In this document: one piece after another, positions 45,801-56,122 of the stretch | Position numbering within the stretch: position 1 is the first letter of the stretch | Layout: each line of letters opens with the position of its first letter | Source of the DNA: Patescibacteria group bacterium | Lineage (GTDB): Bacteria > Patescibacteriota > Patescibacteriia > JAHIZJ01 | Direction of reading: 5' to 3' | Assembly: GCA_041650335.1 (NCBI GenBank) | Contig: JBAZLK010000002.1 | Location: forward strand, 124,070-188,069 | DNA: 64,000 nt | The notes under the pieces: model-generated | The model's input: only the letters and a program-made list of their open reading frames with translations | Told to the model about the DNA's origin: nothing | Databases searched by the model: none | Program-made: the position numbers and the translations under genes

Positions 45801-48572
45801 TTATTCTACCGGCAGAGTAAATATAAACGTGCTCCCCTTGCCCAAACCTTCGCTCTCGACCCAGATCTGTCCGCCGTGGGCGTCGACGATGCGCTTGGCA
45901 ATATAGAGACCGAGACCGGACCCGTCCGGCTGGACTTGGGCGATGCCCTCCCCGCGGACAAACTTCGTGAACAGCCGCTTGGCGTCATCCGGCGGGATAC
46001 CGCGGCCCGTGTCCTTCACGGAAACGCTGATATTGCCGTTGATCTTCTGAACCGAAACCGTGACGCTGCCCTGCGGTGTGTATTTTATCGCGTTATCGAC
46101 GAGATTCAAAATGACGTCTTTCAATTTATCCGAATCAACCATCAGGGCGGGCAGTTTTTTGGCCGGCTTTTTGTATTCCAGCTTGAGGCCTTTTTCCTCA
46201 GCCACCTTGATGATTTCGATCAATTCGGTCTGGATCAGTTCTTCGATTTGCGCCGGTTTCTTATCGAGTACGAATTTACCCGCCTCGATCTTCGTAATAT
46301 TGAGGAATAAATTTACCATCCGGACCATGCGCTTGCTCGCATCCAGCACTTGTTTCAAAATATTCAGTTTTTCTTCGTCAATCTTTCCGAAATCGCCGTC
46401 CACCAGCATGGACAGCCAGCCCTGGATGCCGGTCAGCGGGGTGCGCAATTGGTGCGAGGCGATGGAGATAAACTCGTTCTTCGCCTCGTCGAGCTGTTTC
46501 AAATGATCGTTCGCCTTGGCCAGCTCGGTATTCGTCAGCCGTAGCTCCTCGACCAACTTCAGATTCCTAGTGACAATACCCATCTGATCGGCCAGCGACT
46601 CCATCATCTGGATCTCGTCCTCAGATACTTCTTTCTTGGATTTTTGGATGACAAACACGATCGATCCGATGATCTCCTTTTCCGAGAAAATCGGCGCGGC
46701 CACGATCGTCTTCGCGCCCACGAGCTTTTGCATAGCATAGCAGATCGGCTTTGGAATCGGCGGGGACAGGAAATCAGATAGCGATTCGCTGATCTGGATA
46801 TTTCCCGTGCGGATTGCCTCCGTCGCCAGATCCTTATCCGCCATCGTGCCGCTGTATTGTTCGAGCTGTTTGGGCAGGAGTTTGACCGCGGCTTGAGTGA
46901 TTTTTGTCATCGTGATGGCCACCGGATGCGTTTTTTCACCTTCTCCGCGTAAAATAATAACCCCCCCGATGTACCCCAGCTCATTGGCGATGCCGTCAAC
47001 GATCGCCTGGGTAACCTTCTTGAAGTCGAGCGACCGAGTGATGATATTGCCGATACTCTGGAGAGCGTTCAAGTAGACATTCCGGTTCTTTAGCTCCACG
47101 TTGGCCATCTGAAGATCGGCCGTGGCGTGCTCGACCTCAACCTTCAGCTTTTCACTGAATGATTTTACCTCGTCATAGAGCCGCGACTTCTCGATCGCCG
47201 ACCCCATGAGCGGGCTCAAGACTTCGAGCAGTTTCAGGTCGTTTCCGCTATAGACATCGCCGGATCGCTTCTGGCCCAGCACATAGAGGCCAGTCACCTC
47301 GCCCTCGAGCATGATCGGCGCGATCACTGCCGCGCCCGTGGCTTTTACCTCAGCTAGTGATTTCTCGAGCTGTTTGCGCTCGCGTTCATCGGCCGTATCG
47401 GAGATTTTTCGCTCAAGCTCTTCGAGGACAACCACTTTTTCGGTTTTTTGAACGTATTTGGCGACCGAGCCATTCGCATCGACGCGCGTATTATTACCGT
47501 TACCGTTGTTATTTCTACGCTTGCTGTATGACTGTTTGTTTTTCGTGAGCAATAATATGTCCGCATATTTGATTTTCAGAATACTGGCGAGCTTCCACTC
47601 CACTGACGACAGCAGATCATCGAGCTCGATCTTCACACTGACCATTTCGGTCAGTATCTGGGTGGCTTCGGTATAGTCCACCTCGCCTTTGAAGAATATT
47701 GCATCGGTAATTTTTGCCAGTAAACGCTTCAACGGATCAAAACCGAAAACTATTACAAGCGAGACAAGGATAGTCGCGAGAAACCCCGACCCGCCAAGCT
47801 CTTGGATAAAAAGACCGGTCAGAAACGTAGCTGAAGTGAAAGCAAACGTAGTAAAAAGAATGAGAAAGAAATAGATAATGGAGCGAGATATAACCACCCT
47901 AATATCAAACAATCTGTGTTTGACGATTGCATAGGCGGTAATAATCGCATAAATGAAAACAAAATAATTACCAACAGGATAAATATTTAATCTAAAATCT
48001 AGTAAAAAATTTGTAGATCCACCAACAAATCCAATCAATGACGCGACAAACATGTATAATAACTGTTGTGATCTGAGACCAAGAGCTTTTTTATATTCAA
48101 TATATATATTTCTGATACTCCAAAAAACGACTGCAACAAAATATATAAGAAATGTTGGGTATATGCTTCCAGTTTTTACCGGCCAATAGCCAAAATATGT
48201 CCTGGGACTCACTTGCTCGATAAACAATTTAGAAAAAACGAGAATCGAAAATATTACCGAAATGACATACAAAAAAATAGTAATATACAAGTATTTCTTT
48301 TTTGTCCTGCCGGTTAATACAACGCTATAACGAAAAAATACGGCGGGTAATAACGCAGTACCAATATACAACAACCTTTGCCAAATCAATGCCTGATCAG
48401 AGTTATTAGCAATGACGGTACCGAATAAACCTATAGTCCATATTGAAGTTACACAACTGACAAGAAACCATATTTGATTTAATTCTTTCTTCCTATTTCC
48501 AAATAAAACAAACAGTCCTAGTGCAACAGTTAATATCGCGGTTAAAAGACAGGTATACGCAAAAGTGTTCAT
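45801..48572 (-). CDS. sensor histidine kinase with N-terminal 7TM sensor module and GAF domains
   Basis: 923 aa. The first ~300 aa are multi-TM. H-box FISIASHQLRTPLTGIQGWLSML, N/G boxes (NLVDNAIKYT, DTGRGI, GSGLGLYI). Confidence 0.8.
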   Translation of the reverse strand: MNTFAYTCLLTAILTVALGLFVLFGNRKKELNQIWFLVSCVTSIWTIGLFGTVIANNSDQALIWQRLLYIGTALLPAVFFRYSVVLTGRTKKKYLYITIFLYVISVIFSILVFSKLFIEQVSPRTYFGYWPVKTGSIYPTFLIYFVAVVFWSIRNIYIEYKKALGLRSQQLLYMFVASLIGFVGGSTNFLLDFRLNIYPVGNYFVFIYAIITAYAIVKHRLFDIRVVISRSIIYFFLILFTTFAFTSATFLTGLFIQELGGSGFLATILVSLVIVFGFDPLKRLLAKITDAIFFKGEVDYTEATQILTEMVSVKIELDDLLSSVEWKLASILKIKYADILLLTKNKQSYSKRRNNNGNGNNTRVDANGSVAKYVQKTEKVVVLEELERKISDTADERERKQLEKSLAEVKATGAAVIAPIMLEGEVTGLYVLGQKRSGDVYSGNDLKLLEVLSPLMGSAIEKSRLYDEVKSFSEKLKVEVEHATADLQMANVELKNRNVYLNALQSIGNIITRSLDFKKVTQAIVDGIANELGYIGGVIILRGEGEKTHPVAITMTKITQAAVKLLPKQLEQYSGTMADKDLATEAIRTGNIQISESLSDFLSPPIPKPICYAMQKLVGAKTIVAAPIFSEKEIIGSIVFVIQKSKKEVSEDEIQMMESLADQMGIVTRNLKLVEELRLTNTELAKANDHLKQLDEAKNEFISIASHQLRTPLTGIQGWLSMLVDGDFGKIDEEKLNILKQVLDASKRMVRMVNLFLNITKIEAGKFVLDKKPAQIEELIQTELIEIIKVAEEKGLKLEYKKPAKKLPALMVDSDKLKDVILNLVDNAIKYTPQGSVTVSVQKINGNISVSVKDTGRGIPPDDAKRLFTKFVRGEGIAQVQPDGSGLGLYIAKRIVDAHGGQIWVESEGLGKGSTFIFTLPVE

Positions 48573-49216
48573 TGTATTGTATTCTGTTTTTCCACTAAAT
48601 TGACAATCTTTTTGGCTATTTGTCGTTTTCCTTTAATAAAAATGATATTATTGGCATGGTCTAATATAAATGCCTCGTGAACCCCTCTAACTCTTTTATA
48701 TTCGTTTGCCACCATGAAATCGGCGCGTGACTCCGCCATACTTTTGGACGCGATCTGAATTAATTGTTTTGATGTTTTGTTTACTTCCAACTTGAACTTA
48801 ACAAGAATGGTACTGGGGGTAATTTTTTTAATATAATTTACTATTTTTTTTGTTGGCTTCAGTTTCAAAAATATCGTTTTCTTGCCACTTTTTATTTTCC
48901 CACTATATTTTTTTGATAACTGATAATCGGATATTGCGGCGGAATGAAATATTGCGTCGTATTTATTTTCTTTAATTTCTTTAATGAATATCCGAAACAA
49001 TTCATCATAATAGTGAAATTTTATTAATCTAACTTTAATAGATCTAAGTTTATGATCACAAACTCTTCCTGGTCCTAACATCAGTGTAACCTTGTGTCCT
49101 CTTCTGCTAGCGATTTTTGCTATTTCAAAACCAAGATTACCTGCAAAAACATTCGTAATTACTCTTACTTTATCGATGGGAACCCAAACTGGACCGGCGG
49201 TCACTAATACTCTCAT
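48569..49216 (-). CDS. coaB: phosphopantothenate--cysteine ligase-like (CoaB domain)
   Basis: MRVLVTAGPVWVPIDKVRVITNVFAGNLGFEIAKIASRRGHKVTL matches the CoaB pattern VLVTSGGT.EPID.VRFI.N.SSG. Confidence 0.55.
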   Translation of the reverse strand: MRVLVTAGPVWVPIDKVRVITNVFAGNLGFEIAKIASRRGHKVTLMLGPGRVCDHKLRSIKVRLIKFHYYDELFRIFIKEIKENKYDAIFHSAAISDYQLSKKYSGKIKSGKKTIFLKLKPTKKIVNYIKKITPSTILVKFKLEVNKTSKQLIQIASKSMAESRADFMVANEYKRVRGVHEAFILDHANNIIFIKGKRQIAKKIVNLVEKQNTIQ

Positions 49217-50012
49217 TTTTTACTATATAATTATTTTTTACTTTTTTATACCATTTCCATGGAGTCCTAAACAAATTGTATTTTACGTATAGTGATAAAT
49301 GATTTTGTTTAAACCATTTGATAAACTCTTTATCAATATCTTCTCTACTTCTTATTTGATGTCCCCTTTTCCTGAGAAAATCGATATAGATATTACCTAT
49401 TGGAAAGATAAAATGTTTAGTAATATATCTCGGTTTTTTCTCTAGTTGATAATCAATATTATCCAAAGGCTCACTCATGCTAATAATGTGCTTTTCATTT
49501 ATTGGATGCACTGCATCATGTTCCCCATCCCATATAATCAAATCTGTGAGATTATCAATATGTTTTGTCTTCAATGAAAGTTCTGTATCCGTTGATGGGT
49601 CGCATTTTATCCAGCGATTATCTATATATACAAAGCAAACTATATGCACCGATGAACTACTAATACTTTCCTTGATAAAAGAAGGAAGAATATGCCCAAA
49701 AGATTCCCCGCCAATTACCTTATATATACAATATCCGCTCGGTATACCTGCAGCTCTAAAAAGCGCAACAAGTAAATTTGTACTAGTGGTACACATGCCC
49801 GTCTGACTCTCCATAGTTTCAGAAGCTCTCTTACTCCATGCGCCAACCCTGTATTTAATATTATCCCTTACATATTCAAAAAGTGCTATCGCAAGATCCT
49901 TATCATTCTGATTGACCTTTTTATAACTTTTAACAAAATCTATAATATTGTGATTATCATAATCACAATATTTTGTAACAGCTAAATACTTTTGCTTATT
50001 TATTTTTTCCAT
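49170..50012 (-). CDS. transglutaminase-like cysteine protease superfamily protein
   Basis: Core GMCTTSTNLLVALFRAAGIPSGY (catalytic Cys), then His/Asp region (SFGHIL...VYIDNRWIKCDPS). Overlaps coaB by 47 nt and coaC by 13 nt. Confidence 0.55.
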   Translation of the reverse strand: MEKINKQKYLAVTKYCDYDNHNIIDFVKSYKKVNQNDKDLAIALFEYVRDNIKYRVGAWSKRASETMESQTGMCTTSTNLLVALFRAAGIPSGYCIYKVIGGESFGHILPSFIKESISSSSVHIVCFVYIDNRWIKCDPSTDTELSLKTKHIDNLTDLIIWDGEHDAVHPINEKHIISMSEPLDNIDYQLEKKPRYITKHFIFPIGNIYIDFLRKRGHQIRSREDIDKEFIKWFKQNHLSLYVKYNLFRTPWKWYKKVKNNYIVKNESISDRRSSLGSHR

Positions 50013-50578
50013 TGCTTTAATAATTTTTCGATGTTATTTTGAAGGACATCATTTCCAATTAGCGCTCCTTCACCCTCATAACCGCATGCTAATTTTCCTT
50101 TGATCGGTCCAACGATGCTATATTTATCCAAGTTGCCTATTTTAATATTTCTCAATTTGCTAATATTTGACTGGATTATTTCATTTTCCCACATATGACA
50201 ATTCATAGCGGGCGCAATAAGTACTGGCGTTTTTTTCGGGAGTGCGCACATTACTGTTGTAAGTAAATTATCAGCTATTCCACATGATAATTTACTTATT
50301 GTATTTGCAGTCGCCGGTGCTAATACAAAAATGTCGCACCAATCAGCTAAATGTATGTGCTCAACAACGGTTTTATCGTGCGTTTCAAAGGTATCTAAAT
50401 ATACTTGCGAATTAGACAATGTCTGTATAGTTACCAGTGAAATCAATTGCGTGGCAGCCGCCGACATAATAACTTTAACAGTTGCCCCTGAAGCCTTTAG
50501 TCTATTTATTAAACTACACATTCTATAAGCACCAATACATCCAGTAATTCCTAATAATATCTTTTTGTTCTTTAACAT
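50000..50578 (-). CDS. coaC: phosphopantothenoylcysteine decarboxylase-like flavoprotein (CoaC domain)
   Basis: KKILLGITGCIGAYRMCSLINRLKASGATVKVIMS... and PAMNCHMWEN match the HFCD flavoprotein family. Confidence 0.6.
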   Translation of the reverse strand: MLKNKKILLGITGCIGAYRMCSLINRLKASGATVKVIMSAAATQLISLVTIQTLSNSQVYLDTFETHDKTVVEHIHLADWCDIFVLAPATANTISKLSCGIADNLLTTVMCALPKKTPVLIAPAMNCHMWENEIIQSNISKLRNIKIGNLDKYSIVGPIKGKLACGYEGEGALIGNDVLQNNIEKLLKQWKK

Positions 50579-50640
50579 ACCATTTAATTAAATTATTATA
50601 TATTAAAATTCTTTATAAAACATATAGGACAAAGATCCAA

Positions 50641-51324
50641 CTACTTCTTCAATACTATCACTGCAATCATAACCGCCACGACACCGGCAAATAGCGGAGA
50701 ATATGCCATGTTAATTGATAAATCAAAAAGGGGGAAGATGCGATCCATAACCACGCCAACTAAACCGCTAATACCAATTATTATAGTAACGGCGGTTACC
50801 TGTTTTTTTAGTTGCACCGAGACAATGTTTATTTTTTTTATTAACAAATATAGTGATAACAACAAATATATCAACGATACTATGAAGAGCGCCCAGAACG
50901 CATTACCTGGTTTAATATCGATAAATCCTTCATTTACATTAACATCATTAATGAAGCTTGGCTGTAATATTATTGCTGGCAAGACAATAAATATTGATCC
51001 AAATATTACCAATCGGCGAACAAGAGGATCCATATTTGTCGGCAACGGATAATACATTGCCAATGCAAGGAGACTTACGAAACTGGCCGTACCAGAGTAG
51101 AATGCTGCCCTGGCAATAATCAACTTTGACATTTCTGTATTCGAAGTCATGAGAAGTCCAACAAAGAAGGACATTAGTGAAAAACCAAAAAGCATAGCGC
51201 AGAGCGCATAGATAGACTGAGTTTTTTGATATCGAAAATAAATATACAATGCGAGAATCAATTCTAATATGGAAAGAGACCAAAGAATTATTGTATTTGC
51301 TTCAGTAATGATACTCATTTTCAT
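50641..51324 (-). CDS. hypothetical polytopic membrane protein
   Basis: 227 aa, about 6-7 TM, AT-rich. Confidence 0.45.
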   Translation of the reverse strand: MKMSIITEANTIILWSLSILELILALYIYFRYQKTQSIYALCAMLFGFSLMSFFVGLLMTSNTEMSKLIIARAAFYSGTASFVSLLALAMYYPLPTNMDPLVRRLVIFGSIFIVLPAIILQPSFINDVNVNEGFIDIKPGNAFWALFIVSLIYLLLSLYLLIKKINIVSVQLKKQVTAVTIIIGISGLVGVVMDRIFPLFDLSINMAYSPLFAGVVAVMIAVIVLKK

Positions 51325-51642
51325 ACCGCTTTTTTCTTAAATAGAATAGGTGTAAGAAACTTAATTGTTACCGATTCACAAAAAGCATATAAAAAAGCCA
51401 GCGCAAAAAGCAAGCCAGCTTCAATAAGTAAAATGTAGTTTTGTATCTGCATCCTTGTCTACTATGAAAAATTAGGATTCCAGTCGGATGCCTTTTAGTT
51501 ACAGAGATATTATACAAAAATCTGCGGAAAAGTCAAATCTGAAATAATTACACTAAATATGACACGATGCACATAAAAATGTGCGATAAATGGTCTATTT
51601 GTGTGAATATATCGAAGTACTCACTTTTGTTACATTTCGTTG

Positions 51643-51996
51643 TCATCCTGAACTTGCTTCAGGATCTCCATACCACTTTTCCGCTAGGTCAATATAATTT
51701 GGATTCTGCTTTTGAATCAAATTCATTTTCCACACCCGATGCCAATTCTTCAATTGTTTTTCTCTCGTGATAGCCGCACAGATGTCATCGGTTTCTTCAT
51801 AATACAATAATTTGGTCAGATTATATCTCGCACTGAAACCCCTAACTAAATGATTCTTGTGTTCATACATCCTCCGTATTAAATCATTAGTCACACCGAT
51901 GTAAAGCGTTGTGTAGAGAGTGTTGGATATAATATAGACATAATAGGTTTTCATAAATTCTATGTTGATTATGAGATGCTGAAACAAGTTCAGCAT
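51643..51996 (-). CDS. GIY-YIG nuclease family protein
   Basis: YYVYIISNTLYTTLYIGVTNDLIRRMYEHKN is a canonical GIY-(10-11)-YIG plus Arg/Glu region. 117 aa. Confidence 0.7.
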   Translation of the reverse strand: MLNLFQHLIINIEFMKTYYVYIISNTLYTTLYIGVTNDLIRRMYEHKNHLVRGFSARYNLTKLLYYEETDDICAAITREKQLKNWHRVWKMNLIQKQNPNYIDLAEKWYGDPEASSG

Positions 51997-52048
51997 GACA
52001 ATAAAATAAAAAACAGGGTTTATGTCTCCCTGCTTTCTTTTATCTTTT

Positions 52049-53509
52049 TTAAACTTTTACCCCAATCCGCTCAAGCGCGTTTTTATAAAGTATCACATTT
52101 TCTAATGCATAGGCCGCCTCCTGCGCGACATTCTGTAAATATCTGACGTCTTCTGTTGTATACGGTTCGTTCGATGTCTTACTGCCAAGAAGAACAAGCG
52201 CAGAAAGTCCGTGGCGCGTAGCTAGCGGCAATACCGCTTCGGTTTTCAGATTGTCCATTTCCTTTTCGCACTGCTCGAGCCGTCGCTGTTCAAGACCGAA
52301 TGCTTCCTGAAATAGATACGGGATTTCTTCACGGATTAGCATTTTCATGGAATCTTTCAAAAAACTCGGTAATGCTTCTTCTGCGCGAATACTGATATTG
52401 CCGTCTAATGAGTCATATGTTCCCTGGCGCTTGTTTACTATTAAACAAGTTATTCGATTCACGTTCACAACCTTTAATATTTCACCCGATAGCTCTCGGC
52501 AAAACTCTTCCAAGTCCACTAAACCGATCACGCGCTGCCGAACATCTTCAATCATCTGTTTCATATTCGGCTGGCGCGAAAAAAACAAACGGTTAATTAT
52601 TCGTATCAACCATTTACGAAATGGGATAAAGGTTACGGCAATAACAAGCACTGAAGCAAAATTCACAAATGCACGGTTGAATGCGTACTTCTGGACTAAA
52701 TAATCATTCGCAAGCAGAACTAAATAACCATAGACGATTAGTAATAATATAAGAACCAGCGTATGGGCCGCGCCCTTTTTCATTACTATCCTTACGTCCA
52801 TAAAACGATACCGTAGTATGGCATACGCAATAAGCCACGTAAACACAGCTAAACCAATCAAACTTAGAGGATATAATTTATTGTAACCAAGCGATGGCAG
52901 TAGTAAATTAAATAGTAAAGAAAATGTCGCAACGCAAATAAACGCAAAGATAATATAACGTAGTTGAATCTTTGTAACTTTTGATGTAGTTGATTTGAAA
53001 ATATTGAATAATTTTTTCAATCCAAAAAATGCATATATTAATAAATAAATAATATATGCAGGATACAATTGACTAATACTCGGACGATAACCGTAATTTT
53101 CAATATATTCGACATCAGAGATGTTATACCTTGTCGGAACTATTGCTACAATGGCTATGGATGGTAAAAAAAGTAGCAAAATTTGCCACCACGAAAATGG
53201 CGTCTTTTTTTTATAGAGAGTATACGCAAAAAGTAAAAATAATGTCGGGGAAAACGCCGGTCCGAGAAAAGTCAGTCTCGCCCATAAAAGAGCGGCTTCT
53301 TTGCCACCAACAAGATCGGACATAATGTTCGCAAACAACCACACAGAGAGACTTAGCACTAACGATCCAAAGAAGATCAGATTTGGTCTTTTTTTGCTCT
53401 TAATAAATACGGTAATGGATATTACCAGGAGCGCAAAAAAACAAATTACTGAGGTAACTTCAATAATTTGGATCTCTAGACTATGATATATTCCAGGATT
53501 AATCTCCAT
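52049..53509 (-). CDS. membrane sensor with N-terminal 7TM module and C-terminal GAF-like domain (no kinase domain)
   Basis: The first ~300 aa are multi-TM and resemble the N-terminus of the 45801..48572 kinase. The C-terminus is GAF-like (ALVLLGSKTSNEPYTTEDVRYLQNVAQEAAYALENVILY). Confidence 0.5.
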   Translation of the reverse strand: MEINPGIYHSLEIQIIEVTSVICFFALLVISITVFIKSKKRPNLIFFGSLVLSLSVWLFANIMSDLVGGKEAALLWARLTFLGPAFSPTLFLLFAYTLYKKKTPFSWWQILLLFLPSIAIVAIVPTRYNISDVEYIENYGYRPSISQLYPAYIIYLLIYAFFGLKKLFNIFKSTTSKVTKIQLRYIIFAFICVATFSLLFNLLLPSLGYNKLYPLSLIGLAVFTWLIAYAILRYRFMDVRIVMKKGAAHTLVLILLLIVYGYLVLLANDYLVQKYAFNRAFVNFASVLVIAVTFIPFRKWLIRIINRLFFSRQPNMKQMIEDVRQRVIGLVDLEEFCRELSGEILKVVNVNRITCLIVNKRQGTYDSLDGNISIRAEEALPSFLKDSMKMLIREEIPYLFQEAFGLEQRRLEQCEKEMDNLKTEAVLPLATRHGLSALVLLGSKTSNEPYTTEDVRYLQNVAQEAAYALENVILYKNALERIGVKV

Positions 53510-53617
53510 GGTGTTTGTCTTATGTGTTATACAGAATCATACCAAAATCAGCGAAAAAGTCAAATTCTTTAGTTAATTACAAAACCGGGGACAACCCCGG
53601 TTTTGTACATTATCCGC

Positions 53618-54154
53618 TTATTGTACTTTTTCAATCTCATTGGTTAATTTGGTCTTCGCATATTCCGTGCCAGCCTCGTCGCGAAAGATATTACCCGGCA
53701 GTGCAGTGAAAATCGCCTGCATCGTTGAAAGCGGGGTGTATGCCTGTAAATCATCGCGATAATACAGATAGAGCAGGCGCTCATCGCCGGGTTTGAGGTT
53801 CTGTCCGCCTTGGGTGTCGGCGATGACGACGAGATTTCCATTTTCACCCCCAAGAATTGACACAATAAGTTTTTTCGACGCAGTTCCCTTCCAGACTTCC
53901 TGCGGCTCCACCTGCCAATCCGTGTAAATCATTTTCTCTCCCGTATCTTTCTCGAAGACTTCCCGGACATTGCTCGAGATGAATCGGCCGGTAAGAACAA
54001 TCTGTGATTCTTTTGCCAGATCGGCTGGCGTAAGTGTCACCTCTAACTTGCTAACACTTGTGGTAGGTTTATCGCCGCGCAGTGCGATTATCGCAATGAG
54101 ACTTCCGATAATAAACACGCCGGCCAAACCAATGATGATTGTTCGCTTTTTCAT
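53618..54154 (-). CDS. hypothetical secreted protein
   Basis: 178 aa, signal anchor MKKRTIIIGLAGVFIIGSLIAIIAL. Confidence 0.45.
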   Translation of the reverse strand: MKKRTIIIGLAGVFIIGSLIAIIALRGDKPTTSVSKLEVTLTPADLAKESQIVLTGRFISSNVREVFEKDTGEKMIYTDWQVEPQEVWKGTASKKLIVSILGGENGNLVVIADTQGGQNLKPGDERLLYLYYRDDLQAYTPLSTMQAIFTALPGNIFRDEAGTEYAKTKLTNEIEKVQ

Positions 54155-54172
54155 ATTTTTTTACATAAAGTA

Positions 54173-54736
54173 TTAGATGCCATATATTGCCCTGATGCCG
54201 GAAATATCATCCGAATGCAACGTGCGCTTATATGTCTCACCGGGTGCCCCGCTTCCATACATTGTTTTCCAATAATCTCCGCCGCTGTACAGATCATTGA
54301 GCATAAGCCAGTGTCCAAATTCATGCGCCATGACATTTTCAACGTCATATTTGTTCGGGTCCCCGTTCACGTCCCAAGAAAAGCGCGAGTTTATGTATGT
54401 ATCACGATCAGTGATGCGATTATTGTTCCATCCTTCTCGCACATACGTTATGGCAAGTGCATGTGGGTCAGACAAATACTGGAGACGCACTTCATGCCCT
54501 TGCGAGCCAGCAATAAACCGATACTTTGCGCCCGCCTGATTCCACGATGACATAGCGTGGGATATGGCCGGTACCCAGGCGGGCAGGATACTACTGTGCA
54601 TGTAGACCGATACCCGGGTCGGATTGCCATAGTCCCAGTGATGGCCGGAATTGTAGTAGGCTTGGGCGTTAGGCGCACTAATGCCGGCCATAGCCGCAAC
54701 AAAGAACGCGACTAATGCTAAAAACTTTTTTCTCAT
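54173..54736 (-). CDS. secreted zinc metalloprotease (HExxH)
   Basis: Start at MRKKFLALVAFFVAAMAGISAPNAQA (signal peptide). Motif VMAHEFGHWLMLND. Confidence 0.55.
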   Translation of the reverse strand: MRKKFLALVAFFVAAMAGISAPNAQAYYNSGHHWDYGNPTRVSVYMHSSILPAWVPAISHAMSSWNQAGAKYRFIAGSQGHEVRLQYLSDPHALAITYVREGWNNNRITDRDTYINSRFSWDVNGDPNKYDVENVMAHEFGHWLMLNDLYSGGDYWKTMYGSGAPGETYKRTLHSDDISGIRAIYGI

Positions 54737-54806
54737 CTTGTACCCTTTTCCACCCGTCATATTAATTATAGCTATGTCAATGGATAATTGGAAATAAAGC
54801 AAAAAA

Positions 54807-54882
54807 CGAGCCCGAAAGCCCGTCTCTTTCTAACACTAGAATACTCTCTACGTATATTATGTCAACTACCTGTTATCCACCC
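54807..54882 (-). repeat. conserved promoter element, copy D (upstream of secreted metalloprotease gene)
   Basis: rc GGGTGGATAAcaggtagTTGACA-16 nt-TATTCT-agtgtt-AGAAAGAGACGGGCTTTCGGGCTCG. Confidence 0.65.
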
Positions 54883-55520
54883 GCCCCCGCAACTTGATAT
54901 AATGCTTCCAACTCTACTTTTGTCCACCGGATACCGTACACAGCTCGAAATATTCGTGGAAATATTTCGGGTGAATTTGTCTGGCCAAGCTTTCGCAGCA
55001 ACGTAAGCATTTTTTTCTCGCCGTATTTCCGGATCAGCGCGTTGACCCAGAAATACCCGACCGGATATGCCATGACAGAGAAGTTACCCATGGGTCTTGT
55101 TACTGAGAGCGCCAGCGCCAATGGCGGCGTGCGTTTTTTCTGACCAGCCAACCAGCAAGCCAAGCCTTCGTTCAGCCATTTCGGCACATTCCAACCCGCA
55201 ACACTGCGGATGTACAGATGCGCGTGTTCGTGGCGCAGGGTGGTCCAGAATTCAGATCGGCGCCTATGGTTTGACTCGCTGACGTATTTTTCCGGGCTCA
55301 GAATATAAATTACCCGTTCTCTCGTCCAGCCGACTGACCAATCCTCAGTTTTTCTTCCCCAAAGAGCGTCGATCTGACGTCGCGAGGTGAGAAGAACGAC
55401 CAACGGTTCAGAAAGCTTGTATCCGAAGAAACGGTCAAGTTCTTTCGTTTGCATTTTTATCTGGCGTCGCAGTTTCGGCAGTTGGCGAACCCGACTTATT
55501 TCCACACATAGGTTTTTCAT
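54873..55520 (-). CDS. hypothetical protein with HExxH motif (putative metal-dependent hydrolase)
   Basis: TTLRHEHAHLYIRS; 215 aa. Confidence 0.35.
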   Translation of the reverse strand: MKNLCVEISRVRQLPKLRRQIKMQTKELDRFFGYKLSEPLVVLLTSRRQIDALWGRKTEDWSVGWTRERVIYILSPEKYVSESNHRRRSEFWTTLRHEHAHLYIRSVAGWNVPKWLNEGLACWLAGQKKRTPPLALALSVTRPMGNFSVMAYPVGYFWVNALIRKYGEKKMLTLLRKLGQTNSPEIFPRIFRAVYGIRWTKVELEALYQVAGAGG

Positions 55521-55534
55521 TGTATCGTTTTTTA

Positions 55535-56122
55535 CTATTTCTCAACCTTATGAGCGATCATTCTGACCACATGATGCTGATGGGGTTCTTCCTTGCCTGG
55601 GTGTCCCGGATCGTCAATCACCGCTTCGCGATAAAAATCAACATCAAAATCGGAAAACAGATCGCGTAGCTGCCCTTTTTGGAAATAACAGGCGTCCGGT
55701 CGTTTTTGATAGGACGGCTCATCAACCGTGAAACCAGATACAATGATATACCCGCCTGGATGGAGGGCGTTTTTTACTCGCTGGATTAAGTCGAGCGCTT
55801 TTGGTTTTTCTATAAACTGGAGGACATTGAAAAGCTGGATTATGGAGTATCGATCAGGCTCTATCTCGAAATCCTCTGCCCGACCCTGGATGATTTTGAT
55901 CGGCAGTTTGTTAAAGTCAGGTGTTTTTTTCATTTCAGCAATTTCGTCTGGCGACCTTTCCACCGCCACAACGCGCCAGCCGTTTTGCGCCATGAACAAA
56001 CTGTCACGCCCTTGACCGGCGCCAAAATCAAGGAAGGAATGTGCACGATCAGCGTTTTGCCAAATCCTCTGCAATAATTTGTTGGGCATACTGATTGGGT
56101 TTTGTGTAATCGACACGGGCAT
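55535..56122 (-). CDS. class I SAM-dependent methyltransferase (TehB-like)
   Basis: LDFGAGQGRDSLFMAQNGWRVVAVERSPDEI (motif I and post-I). Confidence 0.65.
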   Translation of the reverse strand: MPVSITQNPISMPNKLLQRIWQNADRAHSFLDFGAGQGRDSLFMAQNGWRVVAVERSPDEIAEMKKTPDFNKLPIKIIQGRAEDFEIEPDRYSIIQLFNVLQFIEKPKALDLIQRVKNALHPGGYIIVSGFTVDEPSYQKRPDACYFQKGQLRDLFSDFDVDFYREAVIDDPGHPGKEEPHQHHVVRMIAHKVEK

